64,000 nucleotides of DNA from Eledone cirrhosa (GCA_964016885.1 OZ024740.1:386012001-386076000); one strand, 5' to 3'. Shown: positions 48,601-62,877, counted from the stretch's first letter. Notes: generated by a model from the letters alone, not told the origin. Made by a program: numbers and translations.

Positions 48601-50033
48601 AAAGGAATATTGTAAATAGATGGTAAATAGATCGAGGGACCTTCCCTCACGTCTATGTCAACAAGATAATCCAACGAGGATACTATCACTTACCACACTG
48701 GCAACTAACGACCTTCAATCATCTACCCTGTTAAAGTAACGACCACTGATTCTACCACCCTGCTAAAGTGGCGACTACTCTATAACCAATAACTGCTAAA
48801 TATTTGTTTTAGCCCTTTTAAGAGCAACCCGCCTAAAAGCATGTTTTGTGATACAAAACTATTAATTTTAAGGTGTGTTTTATTTATCTAAAAAGCTTCC
48901 ATCAAAATTTTATGTAAGAACCTTTGATAAGTTATGTTACATACACCAGCTTAACAATGAAAAATCCTTTCAAATTCTTCATTATTTCAAACATTATTTG
49001 AAAATCATATGCAGTCTCTTTCAGTAGAAATGTGATAATGAAAGGAATGTTAAGGAAAGATACTTCGGAAGAGATAACGTTTATATTTATTCAAAGAAAA
49101 TACGTTTATTTCATTTTTGTGAACATCGTTGATGGGAGGTTTCCATCAGCAGTGAGAATGGAAAGAGAACAGACCAGACAACACACATATTTAGGAAATT
49201 AGTATCAGTGTATATAAATATTATCAAGAATGACAATAAATGTAGGTGAGAGTTGTGACATGGTTTTACTTCACAGAAGTCAAATAAATTGTTATAAAGA
49301 ATTGTTACCATATGTTGATGTTCAGGTGGTCACAACTCCCAGACTGGAGTTTGTGGAAGGGAACAGAAAATCTTCTCTTGGTAAGATTCAAGTGTTTCTT
49401 TAGGCTGCCGGTGTTCTTCTTCTTGGGTGCGAAGGAAGTGAAACAGGGGTCATCTTTTGACAAGGTCTCAGGTGTTCTTGTCCCTTCGAAGTTCAGGAGT
49501 AGAGTGTGTATAATGGCTTGATTGTCCTCGACTATATAGTCCCAGGCGGACGCAACTCCGTTTAGTACATGAATCTGCCGCTGGGAGTCGCGCCCGTCGC
49601 AAAGGGACGTAACTCTGATACGCGCTGAGTCACAGCCGTAAGGGGCCGCTACAGTACCCTCCTCCAGACGCTAGGCGAAAAGCCCGAAGGTAACTGTAGC
49701 GAACCCACAGCATGGGCTCCCAGCACAGGCATGAAATATCAACGCAAGGAGTACATGTATGAAATCAGGCATGAAATGGTAAAGAAAAGGTACATACAAT
49801 AAAGAGAAAAACAAAAAAAAGGGTCCAGTGGCCAGTTCACATGAAAACAGTTTGGCAGAGTTTGTTTCCAAAAAGGCTCCAGTGGCTAGTTCATATGATA
49901 AAAGTTTGAAAGAGTTCCTTGGGCCAGTGGACTCTTCGACCGGAACGGGTCGTGGTCTTGTATCTTGGTGATGGGGGGGGGGGGCAAAGAAACAGGTGTG
50001 TGTGCAAAAGAGAAAGATGGGGGTGTATGTGGC

Positions 50034-53023
50034 TCAGGTGTGTGAGCATCTGTGTTTGTCCCGTTTAAGTCTATCAACTGCAATGGTCTCTCTGGATTCC
50101 TTAATGTCTACAGTGAAATGTTTATCAGAACGAGCTAATACACGGTAGGGTCCAGAGTACGGTGGTGTGAGAGGTGGTCTCACGGCATCGTTTCTAACGA
50201 ACACATCTGTCCACGAGGTAATATCCCTCGGGACTGCAGCTTTAATAGTTTGTTTTCTAGTATTCATGGGCGGTAACTCCTGAAAATAGGAGCGCAAACG
50301 AGATACGTAGGAAACAGGGTCCTGGAAAGCAAGATCAACAGGGGCAAGCATTTGCCCAGGCAACGCTAGAGGAGCACCATACAGTAATTCGGCCGGGGAG
50401 AACCCAAGGTCCTCCTTTATTGATGACCGAATTCCTAACAACACAATAGGAAGGTACTCGCTCCAACGTTGAGAGTCTGGATAGGCGCAGCGGCCTTTAA
50501 TTGGCGGTGGAATCGTTCCACCATTCCGTTTGAAGCAGGATGATAAGCTGTGGTCTGAATCCGTTGAGCGCCAATGATCTTTGTGAGCTCAGAGAAAAGA
50601 TGAGACTCAAATTGTCTACCACGGTCTGTGGTGACTGTAGTTAGTAGCCCAAAGCGGGTAATCCACCCTGATATCAAGGCACGCGCTACAGTCTCGGCAG
50701 TTATATCTTGTAAGGGGATGGCTTCAGGCCATCGCGAAAAACGATCGATACAGGTCAAGAGGTACGAATATCCACTGCTGAATGGCCAAGGTCCAACGAT
50801 GTCAATGTGGATGTGTTGAAACCGAGCATTTGGAGTACTGAAAGTACCAAGTGGAGTCCGGATGTGTCTGTGGACTTTAGATTGTTGACACTGTGTGCAG
50901 GAACGGCATCAGGCAGTAATTTCTCACCTCATATTGGGCCAGAAAAATCTAGCCGTTATAAGCTTTACTGTGACAGAAATTCCTGGGTGAGAAATACTGT
51001 GCAAAGCAAGGAACACAATTCGATGGTGAGTCTCAGGAACAAATGGTCGTGGTGAATCCGTAGATACATCACATAGAATCTGCCTGTCGGTGGTCGACAA
51101 GGGCAGATATTTGAAGATGCAAGTCGCAAATTCGGCAGAAAGAGTATCCAACGATTGGAGTGCAGGTTGGTCTGCAGCTAAACGACCTAAGTCGATCTCC
51201 TGGGATGACGAGATGGAGCTGATTGGCAAACGTGACAATGCGTCTGCAGCTATGTTATGTGAGCCAGCAATGTGCTGGATATCATTTGTAAATTGTGAAA
51301 CGTAGTCCAGGTGCCTTGTCTCTCTGGGCGAATATCTGTCGGCTTTAGCCCTCAAAGCGAAGGTCAGAGGTTTGTGGTCGGTTAAAACAGTAAAATTTCT
51401 CCCCTCAAGAATATGAGAGAAATGTTTCACCGACAGATATATGGATAATAATTCCCGCCCAAACGTGCTGTAACGCGTTTCTGCTGGTTTCAGCTTCCTC
51501 GAGAAAAATGCCAAAAGTTGTTGGTTTCCAGCGTTGAACTGCTGTAAAACTGCTCCCACAGCGGTATCAGATGCATCAACACAAAGCGAAAGCTTGGTCT
51601 CTGGTACCGGGTGGGCTAGCAAAGATGAACTAGCGAGTGCTGTCTTGGCAATCTGGAAGTCCTGAAGCTGTCCTTGTGTCAAGGAAATATCCTCATTCTT
51701 CTTACGACGATTTTTCAAAATGTCAGTAAGGGAAGATAGAAAATTAGCACAATGAGGAACGAAACGCCTATAGAAATTGATAAGGCCTAAGAAGTGACGC
51801 AACTGGTGAAGTGTAGTAGGCGGAGGTAAATCCTGTATGGCTTGAACTCGCCGAAGGAGCGGCCTAATACCTTCGGCGTCGATGAGGTGGCCTAAAAAAT
51901 TTAGCGAAGTGGAACCGTAAACACACTTTGCAGGATTCACACGAACGCGGTAATCCTGAAGTCGCCGAAATAAGAGATGCATGTGGCGCATATGCTCTTC
52001 CGGAGAGGAACTAGCGTCCGACGAGAATATCGTCTATGTAAGCATAACAAAGTCCAGACCACGAGTGACTTCGTCTATGAACCTCTGAAAAGTGCTAGCG
52101 GCGTTCCTGAGTCCAAAAGGCATGGTCAAAAATTCGAAGGATCCGAAAGGAGTTGTAATCGCCGTTTTCGGAATATCCTCCTTCCTGACCGGAATTTGGT
52201 GGTAGGCTCGCACTAAATCTAGTTTTGAGAAAATCTTACACCCCTGCAATGAACATGCGAAATCGTGGAGATGGGGAATGAGATACCTATCCGGGACGGT
52301 CATAGCATTTAACCTCCTATAATCCCCAGTGGGTCTCTAGTCGCCGGAAGTCTTGGGCACCATGTGTAACGGTGAAGCCCAAGGGCTCGTAGATGAGCGA
52401 ATAATGCCCAGCTGCAGCATATGGTCGAACTCGGACCGTGCTGCCTTTAATTTGTCCGCCGGTAAGCGGCGTGGACGTGAGAACACTGTGGCGCCAGTTG
52501 TAGAGATAAAATGCTCCGTTGTGTGAGTCGGTTCGACAACTCGAAAATTTCCCTGAGTAAGCTGTGGGAAAGAATTCAACAATGCATGATAGGGATTCCC
52601 AGCATTAGCGATGAAAAAGGTCGGGCTAACCGTTGGAAAATTAGCTTTCTGTCCACGAATTGAAAAACTGGTGATGTCATCCACCAGGCGTTGGCCATGG
52701 ACGTCCATAGTCAAAGAGAAGTTGTGGAGGAAGTCCGCTCCTAAGATAAGGTATGGCAAATCGGCAACCGTAAAAATCCACTTAAAATCCCTACGAAGAT
52801 TTAGGAATTTGAGAGGAAGCGAGATTTGCCCATATGTCTTTATAGACGAGTGATTAACTGCCTGCAGAGTAACAGATGATTCTTCGGGGGTATCTTTCAG
52901 GCAATGGACCGGCCAAATGCTACAGGAGGCTCCTGTATCCACGAGGAAACCTCTTCCCGACATTAGGTCCTTAATGAAGAAATGGCGGTTTGGTAGCTTT
53001 ATGTTGAGGTCAACTTCCCCCAT
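50034..53023 (-). pseudogene. pol: Gypsy pol, frameshifted
   Basis: FLVDTGAS protease; [40 protein letters not shown]; DASD and TDHKPL RNase H; [16 protein letters not shown] and [11 protein letters not shown] integrase; PPY.GPY.V. Confidence 0.92.
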
Positions 53024-53034
53024 CAGCGGACCTC

Positions 53035-53823
53035 TTAGGCGTTTCCCGTCTTATGAAACGAGCAAGGTTGCACGCAGTGGTTCGCGCTCTCGGCAAATCG
53101 CTCGTGGTATAAAGATGAAGCTGGTGACTTTGAACGACGTCTAAAACTTTGCGGTCTCCCGCGACTGCGGGGGCGCGAACGAGCACCACACAAGGCCTTC
53201 ATCTTATGGAGCTCTAGGGTGAGTTCCTGTATGGACTTTTGCATCGCCATAATGGTTGAGGCGTCTATTGGCGTTGCCGCGTGGATGGCATGGCCAAGTG
53301 TGGCCCGAGGTGAATGGTGAACAGCAGCAAGGGGTTCGCTGCCTCCGGCACCCGTCACTTCGAAAACTTTGTCCTCAAAGGCGGCGAGCTGATCCACCGT
53401 GCAAGTATCCCTAATGGGGGCAAAAATTGCCTGTACGTTGGTCGGTAGGCGCGAGAAGAACAACTGCTTCAGCAGAGCAGTTTCCGCTACCGATCCCTCC
53501 GTTAGGTCCTTCATTCGCCTTAAGAGGTTCGATGGGGTGCCATCCCCTATATGCTCCAGATGGACCAGAGCCCTAAACCTTTTTTCTGCAGACTGTGCAG
53601 TCTGGCTGAGTATTTCAGCCTTCAGAGACGTGTACGTCGAGTCTGTGGGTGCATCTAACACCAGGTGCTTAATCGCTGGGAGAAGTGCCGGCGGAATTGC
53701 ACTAAGGACCAGAGGACGTTGTAGTGCCTCGTCAACTCTGTTCGCCTCGAAATATGCTTCGAGTTGGGCGAACCATAGCCTTGCGTCGCCCGTGTACGTT
53801 GGTAGAACAGAGGGAGAAGCCAT
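53035..53823 (-). CDS. gag: Gypsy gag (zinc knuckle degenerate)
   Basis: LWFAQLEAYF, IGDGTPSNLL, LKQLFFSRLP; ends H.RF.ESANHCVQPCSF..GNA*. Confidence 0.8.
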   Translation of the reverse strand: MASPSVLPTYTGDARLWFAQLEAYFEANRVDEALQRPLVLSAIPPALLPAIKHLVLDAPTDSTYTSLKAEILSQTAQSAEKRFRALVHLEHIGDGTPSNLLRRMKDLTEGSVAETALLKQLFFSRLPTNVQAIFAPIRDTCTVDQLAAFEDKVFEVTGAGGSEPLAAVHHSPRATLGHAIHAATPIDASTIMAMQKSIQELTLELHKMKALCGARSRPRSRGRPQSFRRRSKSPASSLYHERFAESANHCVQPCSFHKTGNA

Positions 53824-55669
53824 TGGTATACCGTAGGTAATTTAGCAAGAACAAAAAAAAAATAATAATCGTCTCCGTTTGGAAAAATGTCTCCAACACA
53901 ACAAAAAAGGAAAACAAAATCGCTTATTTTTCGCTGTCAAACAACTGAACAGGAAAAATAATGCATCCGGGACAATATGCAAAGAAGCGACTAACTGAGT
54001 GATGTTATTACTAAGGTAGCGAACTTAAAACAAAATCCAACATGGCGGACTATTTCGCGCCAAAAACACTAATGATGGAGAAGAAAGCCTCCATCTTGTC
54101 ATCCTCAACATTTTTAGCCAGAGAAAAGAAAAGCAGAAAAGGAGGTAAAAGGGAAAAACATTCATACAATTGCTGTTTGTTTGTGTGTAAATAACTTTGG
54201 GTGTTCGTTTTGCACATATGAAGAGTTTGATGTTAAGTGTTACAGAGAAATATGTTTAGATCGGTCAATACAGCCATATCAGAATCAAGTGTGTTGTTCT
54301 GTATTAAATGTTTTTTTTTTCTCTTTTTTTTTATATACACATGGTACCGTTTCCCATTCTTTTTTTTTTAAACGTCAGGTCACCAATTTAGGAAATTAGT
54401 ATCAGTGTATATAAATATTATCAAGAATGACAATAAATGCAGGTGAGAGTTGTGACATGGTTTTACTTCACAGAAGTCAAATAAATTGTTATAAAGAATT
54501 GTTACCACATGTTGATGTTCAGGTGGTTACAACTCCCAGACTGGAGTGTGTGGAAGAGAACAGAAAATCTTCTCTTGGTAAGGTTCAAGTGTTTCTTTAG
54601 GCTGCCGGTGTTCTTCTTTTGGGGTGCGAAGGAAGTGAAATAGGAGTCATCTCTTGACAAGGTCTCAGGTGTTCTTGTCCCTTCGACGTTCAGGAGTAGA
54701 GTGTGTCTTATGGCTTGATTGTCCTCGACTATATAGTCCCCAGGGGGACGCAACTCCGTTTAGTACATGAATCTTCCGCTGGGAGTCGCGCCCGTCGCAA
54801 AGGGACGTAACTCTTATACGTGCTGAGTCACAGCCGTAAGGGGCCGCTACACATACATCTAAACTATAATAAAGGGAGGAGCGCGGGACTGCGTGCGGTT
54901 TATAATTTTTTATCTCATTAGTAAAATAAGTTGGATTACTTTGAATAAACAATGAATGAATATTACATAATTTATCTACTAAATTTCGTGGCTATTGATT
55001 ATATATATTTTGTTTATTTAAAGATTCACTTCTTTAAAATTTCTGAAATGTCAACACTTCCGGTTGGCGATCGCTTAAATAAACATACTAATTTTCTGTC
55101 ACTAATTTTCTCCTAATGCAGTTTATATATAATATCGTCTTTTTTAATGTATCATAGATTACGTTACGATTACATAAGACAGTGTAACACAGTCTTCGTT
55201 CAATTTCTATGTATTATATATTGTCAATTACGATTTTATTTTATGTATCATATCTACATGTATATATACTTGCGTATAATATCAATATACACACTACACA
55301 TTCTAGCAGAAAACCACCCGAGGGTGGTTTTTCTGCTAGTATATTCGCCGGGCAGCGAATTAGAAGAGTCGTTAGAACGTCGGATAGAAAGCTTTGCGGA
55401 TCACTACTCCCGCGGAGGTCAACTTTGCTTTTCATCCATTCAAGGTAGATAAAAAGTACCTGTCTAGACCTGTCTAGTACTGCGGTCGAATCTTTCTCAA
55501 TATCTCTTTCTCATATCCACTCTCTCACTCTCTATCCTTCTCTGGGAGAAATCTGTTGTATTCAGACCTGGAAAAGGATGGGCATGCGAGGTTTTTAAAA
55601 TAAAGCCCTCGAAACGCAGTATTCCAACCCGACGGCCCTGCGACTCCCTCAAGATTTATGGTAAAGAAA

Positions 55670-55705
<36 letters not shown>

Positions 55706-55829
55706 ACACACACACACACACAGGGTTTCCAAAACATATATATACGCACATTGATTACTTGTACATGCAATTTTTATTAAAATGCGCACCCTTTGTGTAT
55801 ACATTTTTAGGACACTTTGTTTATAAGTA

Positions 55830-55876
<47 letters not shown>

Positions 55877-55917
55877 ATGATATTAATAAATGGGAACTAT
55901 CTTTATAAAACCCTATT

Positions 55918-55978
55918 TATTTTATTATATATATTTCAAGGGTACCAACATTTTGGTACGCTCTCATCAGATAAAATA
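55918..55978 (-). ncRNA. Minimal type I hammerhead ribozyme
   Basis: tattttat CTGATGA gagcgtaccaa..ttggtaccctt GAAA tatata TA ataaaata. Confidence 0.8.
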
Positions 55979-56018
55979 CAAAACTTGTTTTATAAGTATT
56001 TTATAAGTATTTTATAAG

Positions 56019-56079
56019 TATTTTATCTGATGAGTGCGTACCAAAATTTAGGTACCCTTGAAATATATATAATAAAATG
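56019..56079 (+). ncRNA. Minimal type I hammerhead ribozyme
   Basis: tattttat CTGATGA gtgcgtacc..ggtaccctt GAAA tatata TA ataaaatg. Confidence 0.78.
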
Positions 56080-56212
56080 AATATGGTTTTATAAAGATAG
56101 TTTCCATTTATTAATATTATTGATATTATACTCCAGAAGAATACTGTAGAGTGCTTCGAATCTATTATAAATAAATTTGTTGAATAACCAACAAATTAAA
56201 TATCTCTTTGCT

Positions 56213-56265
<53 letters not shown>

Positions 56266-56349
56266 GGGTGTGCGTGTGTGTGTGTGTGCGTGTGTGTACG
56301 CATATCATATCTAGAGAAAGTGAAGTTTATGAAAGTATATAATTGTTTC

Positions 56350-56530
56350 TACTTTTGGCACAAGGCCAGCAATTATCCCAGCGCATTACTGGTACTTTAT
56401 TTTATCGACCCCGTAAGGATGAAAGGCAAAGTTAACCTCGGCGGGATTTGAACTCAGACCGTAAAGGGACGTAACTCTATGCTTCAAAGCATGGCGTCCG
56501 ACTCTCTACCGATACTGCCAATCCACCGAC
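56350..56530 (-). mobile_element. tRNA-derived SINE copy
   Basis: ctggtactttattttatcgaccccgtaaggatgaaaggcaaagttaacctcggcgggatttgaactcag is the reverse complement of the SINE core. Confidence 0.75.
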
Positions 56531-56604
56531 TATAATAAACATACATAAGTCTCAGTGTGAACATTTTAAGCTGGCAATACGTCACAGGTACCTCACTTAC
56601 TGTG

Positions 56605-57050
56605 TGAGAACACTAAATACATTTCTGGATTGTTACCCATCTTCATTTACTCACTTGAGACTGAGGTAAAATTAGCTGATAGCTTATGCAAAGTTTTGCT
56701 GAAAATAAGTTTATGGTGATGCTCATTTGCATATAATGTGGGCTCGTTGTCTGAGACATGATCACAGCTAAAAATACCCACAGTGAGACTTTTGTATGTT
56801 TCCTATAAGTAAACATATTGTATATTCCTTCATATAGGGATATACAATATTATGAATCACGCAGTGTTAGTGCTACTGCTAATTAATACCAGCCTGTTAA
56901 TTCTGCGTTATATGCAAATGAGCACCACCATAAATGTACTATTTGCAATAATCTGTATAAGCTATAAATTAATTTCGCCTCAGTATCGAGTGAATAAACG
57001 CCACTGAGAATGGATAGAAATCCCAAAATAGAAGTACTTGGTATTCTCAT
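56605..57050. repeat. Old, imperfect foldback/MITE
   Basis: actgaggtaaaattagctgatagcttat..tttatggtgatgctcatttgcatataa pairs with ttatatgcaaatgagcaccaccataaa..ataagctataaattaatttcgcctcagt. Confidence 0.65.
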
Positions 57051-57972
57051 ATGTCTACTGTGGCATAATTACCGTTTAATATAGAAGAAAGTCGTGGCGA
57101 AGAATTTGAGCTATTTGCTGAAGTGTTTAAAACTAATATTGCTTCTTGTTAGAGATTGTTAGAAGAAAATGTATGCAATACAGAAAATAATACGTTGATA
57201 ACATGTGCAAATGACTTATCTCAAAATTAAGCAACTATTTATATCAGTATTTTTTTCTTTTTTCTAAAATGATAGATGTGAATGTATATTTTATGACCCC
57301 GTACTCCCACTCCATACGGAGGTTATATGACCACATAACCTGGAGACACAACATCTAATATCGTACGACATTCAGTCAAATATTTCATAGTGTTTTTACC
57401 TACATTCTCTGCTTACTGCTGCATCTTTATTGTGTATATTCAAATAATGGTGGCAAGTAGACTGGATTCAACGTACACATCAACAACAATACCATCTTTT
57501 GTATATCGTGTGTAACCTGAACAGTAGAGATGGATTTAGTTATAGATGATGAATGATTTCCAGAGCTAAATAAGATATGCTGCTGTCGATGTCGTTGTCG
57601 TCTTCGTTGATGTTGTTGTTGTAATCTTCGTCGTTGTTATTGTTGTTGCTGTTGCTGCTGCGGTGGCTTAACCCAAATCTACTCTCAGCATGCATATGTG
57701 TAATCAAAAATATTTCAGCTTTGACAATTCCGTTCATTTTATACAGGTGTAGTACATTATCTAATATGTCCTCTTTTGAGAGAGATTTAACTATAATTTC
57801 TAGCATGTCAATTGACCACGTAAAGGTTTTAACAGTAATAGGGTGGGAATGAATGGATTCAGACTCGGTGGAAGTCTTTGGATGTCAAAGCGGAAATGGA
57901 ATAATTATTCTGCTTTATCAAGACAAAAAGATTCATACGTAGTGGTCACTTTAAGATATCTTTTGTTCCAAG

Positions 57973-58072
57973 AAAATCCCCTGATGAGCCGATGTTCTCT
58001 CAATTTTCAATATCCTAACTTATTAGATTATTCTAAATTGATCTTACGAGGCGAAACCGCACTCGGAATTTT
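57973..58072 (+). ncRNA. Type I hammerhead-like motif with long stem II insert, stem III degenerate
   Basis: aaaatccc CTGATGA gcc...ggc GAAA ccgcac TC ggaatttt. Confidence 0.55.
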
Positions 58073-58076
58073 TGTG

Positions 58077-58415
<339 letters not shown>

Positions 58416-58866
58416 GTACAAAAATGGATTGCTACTGTCCATATTCACTAAACCACAAAATCCCGTTTTGGGCGCGAAAGTACCTCCAAACTTGGTGCCT
58501 AATCACGTGATAACCCTTAGTCTGTCAGGTTATACTTGTGTCACCCTTCTGTAAAATTTTGAAAGAACCATGAAACTCCCAATATTTGGCGTGGAATTCA
58601 AAAAAGAAATTCGATGCTTAATCACGTGATCTTCCACAACCTATCAAATTGTACATCAACCATATTGCAAATTGAGCCACACTTTTTTAATAAAACTGAA
58701 AGAAATTCCCAACATGATTTAGATGCCATTTACAAGTCGGCATAGACACACATTTCTCCATCTCTCTTAACTTTTGAAAATTGTGAAACTGGTAAAGTTA
58801 TCATTGTAAATAAATCTCCTTAAGAATCGAATTGCATTTTCAACTTCTTTTTCCTATATATACATA

Positions 58867-59199
<333 letters not shown>

Positions 59200-59729
59200 G
59201 GTACCTTAACTAGCAACTACACAGCCAATCCTATTCTCCATACATTTTATCATGTTTTGCTGTGACCAGTCTTCTCTCTCCTTCTACCTAACTATTTCGT
59301 TACTATCTACTCTTACCCCTCTCTCTTCCTCTCCCTTTCACTCATCTTCTCTCTGTCAGCCACGTCATTGTTCCCCTCGCCTGACCCTCTAGCAGTCCTT
59401 TTCTCACTTACACTCGCTGGGGTCAGATGTGTCTTTTCGCTCGCCCACACGCTCTTGAACTTAAGTTCTGTTATCGCTGTGGTCTTGGATTTTCTTACCT
59501 TAAGTTGCTCGCACATCGCTCGGTTTGTTGTTGTTTTTTTCGCTGTTTTCTCTTTTCTTCCCTTTTCCCTTCTATTTTCCCTCCCTCCCTCCTCCGTTTT
59601 CCCAATAACTTACCCAGTTATTGAATGCTCTGGGCGGTAGATATCTTGTCTTTAAAGCGAGGAAATATCCGAGACCCCAGTAGACAACTTGCTTTCTATT
59701 TATTCTCACTCCATTTTAAGCTATATCTA

Positions 59730-60038
59730 TCTATATATATAAAACTGAGGATGTCTGCCTGTGTGTGTGTGAGTTTGAATCCCTAAAACTCGAGAAACAC
59801 CCAACCGACTGTTTTCAGACTTTACACATGTAATACTTATGTTTCAGGGAGTGTTCTGAGCAAAATAAATTTCAAATTTTCAATGCCATAGGGACCGCAT
59901 TAGGCGATTTAGCGATCTCTCTCTATAATTCTTAGTCTTTCCCTTTTTAGATAGATACATACATATAACGTCGCGCCCTTATAATATTTGTCTGTATGTC
60001 TAACTGTCTGCATTACGTCACTTCCCTGAGGATGTCTG

Positions 60039-60112
<74 letters not shown>

Positions 60113-60560
60113 CCGAGAAGTACCCAACCGATCTTTTTCAAACTTTACATGTGTATTATTTATATTTCAGGGAGTATTATGCACATGAAAAAATTCAACT
60201 TTTTTTATCCCCTAGGGTCCGCATTAGTTGAAAAACTGCGTTTTTACAGGTTTTTAGAGGTTTTTTTGAGTCGTTACGTCAGACTGATTTCCTTGAAATT
60301 GTAACTATCTATTAGTCAGTCTCTTTTTCATACCGCGAGCAAAGAAAATCCAACTTTTTTATGGCCTAGGGCCCACATTAGGTGAAAACCTGCATTTTCC
60401 TACTTCATCGAGGAAAATCTTAAAGATTATCCAGCCATCAGAGTATTCGGTTTATTTTCTTTACATATTGTCCACGCATGCAATTTTTCCACGATTAGGT
60501 CTGTTGGCGGCCCGCGTTCAAAACTACCTTATCCCGTGCAACGCCGGGTGCCACTGCTAG
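59730..60560 (+). mobile_element. Non-autonomous Helitron-like element
   Basis: a|TCTATATATATAAAACTG 5' end, an internal duplicated unit with (TG)n, and 3' hairpin cccgtgcaacgccggg followed by CTAG|t. Confidence 0.8.
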
Positions 60561-61327
60561 TATATATATATATATATATATATATATTGTAAAATGTGTG
60601 AAATCGTTGGTACAGTTAAGTATATTTTAGAAAAAAGGAAAAGAATGACTTCACTTGTAGTTCTAAATAATTTTATTTAATTTTATATCATAATTTTACA
60701 ATTTCGTTTGGTAGATCTAGTAAGTTCTTTGATAACTTCAGTGGGGAGATTTTTTTAAGATTCTTGGTTAACTTTCCTGGAAAACTTTCTCGCATTCGTC
60801 GGTGGTGAATGTCAAAGATATATAGATATATATTTAACATAAGCAAATTAAACTTACATACAACGTAAAATCCAGCATACAAATAATTCTATTGAATAGC
60901 TTAGAAATTTTACAAACCCAAACTTTTAACTGTTTAATAGCACTTTTTTTTTATTTATTTGGGACCTAAGCAACACAAAAAAGTGATTACAAGCCAGGAA
61001 CAGAGAAAAATTTGTTTTTGTTACACGGTGTTATCTTTTAATCTCAATTAATTTTATAACGTCCCACTCTCAGATTCCTCCAGAATTCTTTTTCGCCTGC
61101 TTTCTAACTAGCCTAATTTCTTACACACACTCCTTAGAATTTGCCGTATAGAATTCACTTACAACGCTTGACCGGCTCCACCCACTTCCTCATTGTTCTA
61201 TAGGCCAGTTCAGCCAACCCCACTACACACCCACTGCCATCTGCCATGAAATATTTAATTGCGTTTACAAGAAATTTTGACCAATCCTTTTGACAACTAC
61301 AATCTTCCCAAATAGAACTTTTACATA

Positions 61328-61375
<48 letters not shown>

Positions 61376-61414
61376 AAGAAATTACATGAATCAAAGTTCT
61401 GTTCAAATCATTTA

Positions 61415-61464
61415 TTAGCTTACAATTGTTTCTTCCAAACCGAGGTTTAGAGTCTTCGGAGCAA
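61415..61464 (-). ncRNA. Type I hammerhead-like motif, core CCGAAGA
   Basis: ttgct CCGAAGA c tctaaacc tc ggtttgga a GAAA caattg TA agctaa. Confidence 0.62.
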
Positions 61465-62112
61465 TTTTTCAATGATTGTTTACATACATGACCTCCTTTC
61501 CAACACAAGAGACATACAGAAACATATGTATATATCGATGTACAGTGGGTTGACATCCATTATAATTTTTAGCATGGCAATTTACATTCAAAGATTAAAG
61601 TCATATTAAAAGAAAATTAAAACAAGATTAAAGTTAAAATACAACATTGGCAGTTTACGAAGATAATGCAAGAGGATAGTTTGAAGTAGTTAGTGTATGC
61701 AATAGTTACACGTGGGGCATGCACGTGTGTCTTATTTATATAAGATTATAAGATTATAGTGCGGCAAGGTGTTATATGGAATACAAGCACTTTAAGCGGG
61801 CAATCAAGAGTATTATGGGGGTTGTATTGGTAAAGTATTTTTTATGTATGATATAGAAGCTTGTGTGCAGAGAAATATTAAAAATATTAAAAATATTAAA
61901 AATACTATTTTGCTTAACATTTTTAATATTTTTAATATTTTAACTTTAATCTTGTTTTAATTTTCTTTTAATATGACTTTAATCTTTGAATGTAAATTGC
62001 CATGCTAAAAATTATAATGGATGTCAACCCACTGTACATCGATATATACATATGTTTCTGTATGTCTCTTGTGTTGGAAAGGAGGTCATGTATGTAAACA
62101 ATCATTGAAAAA

Positions 62113-62162
62113 TTGCTCCGAAGACTCCAAACCTCGGTTTGGAAGAAACAATTGTAAGCTAA
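62113..62162 (+). ncRNA. Type I hammerhead-like motif, core CCGAAGA
   Basis: ttgct CCGAAGA c tccaaacc tc ggtttgga a GAAA caattg TA agctaa; palindromic stem III. Confidence 0.65.
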
Positions 62163-62348
62163 TAAATGATTTGAACAGAACTTTGATTCATGTAATTTTT
62201 TTATAACTGCTCTGTAGAACAACTGATGTTATTACATTGAGCTATTTATCTTACTGGTAATAAGGTAGTAATAAATTACTGTCTTTCACTGTTTAGGGTT
62301 TAAAATATATATACGTATATACATAACCATAAATAGTATCCTTAATAC

Positions 62349-62539
<191 letters not shown>

Positions 62540-62763
62540 ATATATATATATGTGTATATATATGGTTAAATAAAAGTCAAATGATTAAAATTTAGCTTCG
62601 TTTATTACTGCTATATATATTTCAGTGACAGCCATCTTTGGCCTTCACTTTACACTACTCCGGAGTAACCAAACCAACCTGCGCACTTCGTCGAGTGCTC
62701 CAGCCTGCATACTGCGGTGTTGGTATACAACCAACATAAACTCAAAATCTATGTATATATATG

Positions 62764-62835
<72 letters not shown>

Positions 62836-62877
62836 CAATATTAAATAAATGGAAAACTATATTTATAAAACCATATT

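Larger units (their letters stand above)
49190..54851 (-). mobile_element. Complete Ty3/Gypsy LTR retrotransposon, decayed
   Basis: LTRs 49190-49653 and 54387-54851; 4-bp TSD CATA (49186-49189, 54852-54855); PBS TGGTGACCTGACG (54373-54385, resembles a tRNA-Trp 3' end); PPT ggaggagggtac; order gag-PR-RT-RNaseH-INT. Confidence 0.95.
55872..56215. mobile_element. Foldback pLTR-like element with back-to-back hammerheads
   Basis: Palindromic arms 55872-55980 / 56019-56125; centre has 3x ttttataagta; the + arm extends to (TA)n at ~56215; same family as 31804 and 62878. Confidence 0.85.
61378..62198. mobile_element. Foldback element with ~260-bp arms, each carrying a variant hammerhead
   Basis: 61378-61640 is the reverse complement of ~61937-62198; the left end abuts (TA)n. 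Confidence 0.88.

Noticed and set aside
55302-55340. Small strong hairpin ctagcagaaaaccacc-cgag-ggtggtttttctgctag
   Set aside because: No associated gene or family identified; a bacterial-style terminator call is unjustified in this context.
61155-62206. Two identical ORF starts MSTHCTSIYTYV... on opposite strands
   Set aside because: A by-product of the inverted repeat; no protein-family signal.
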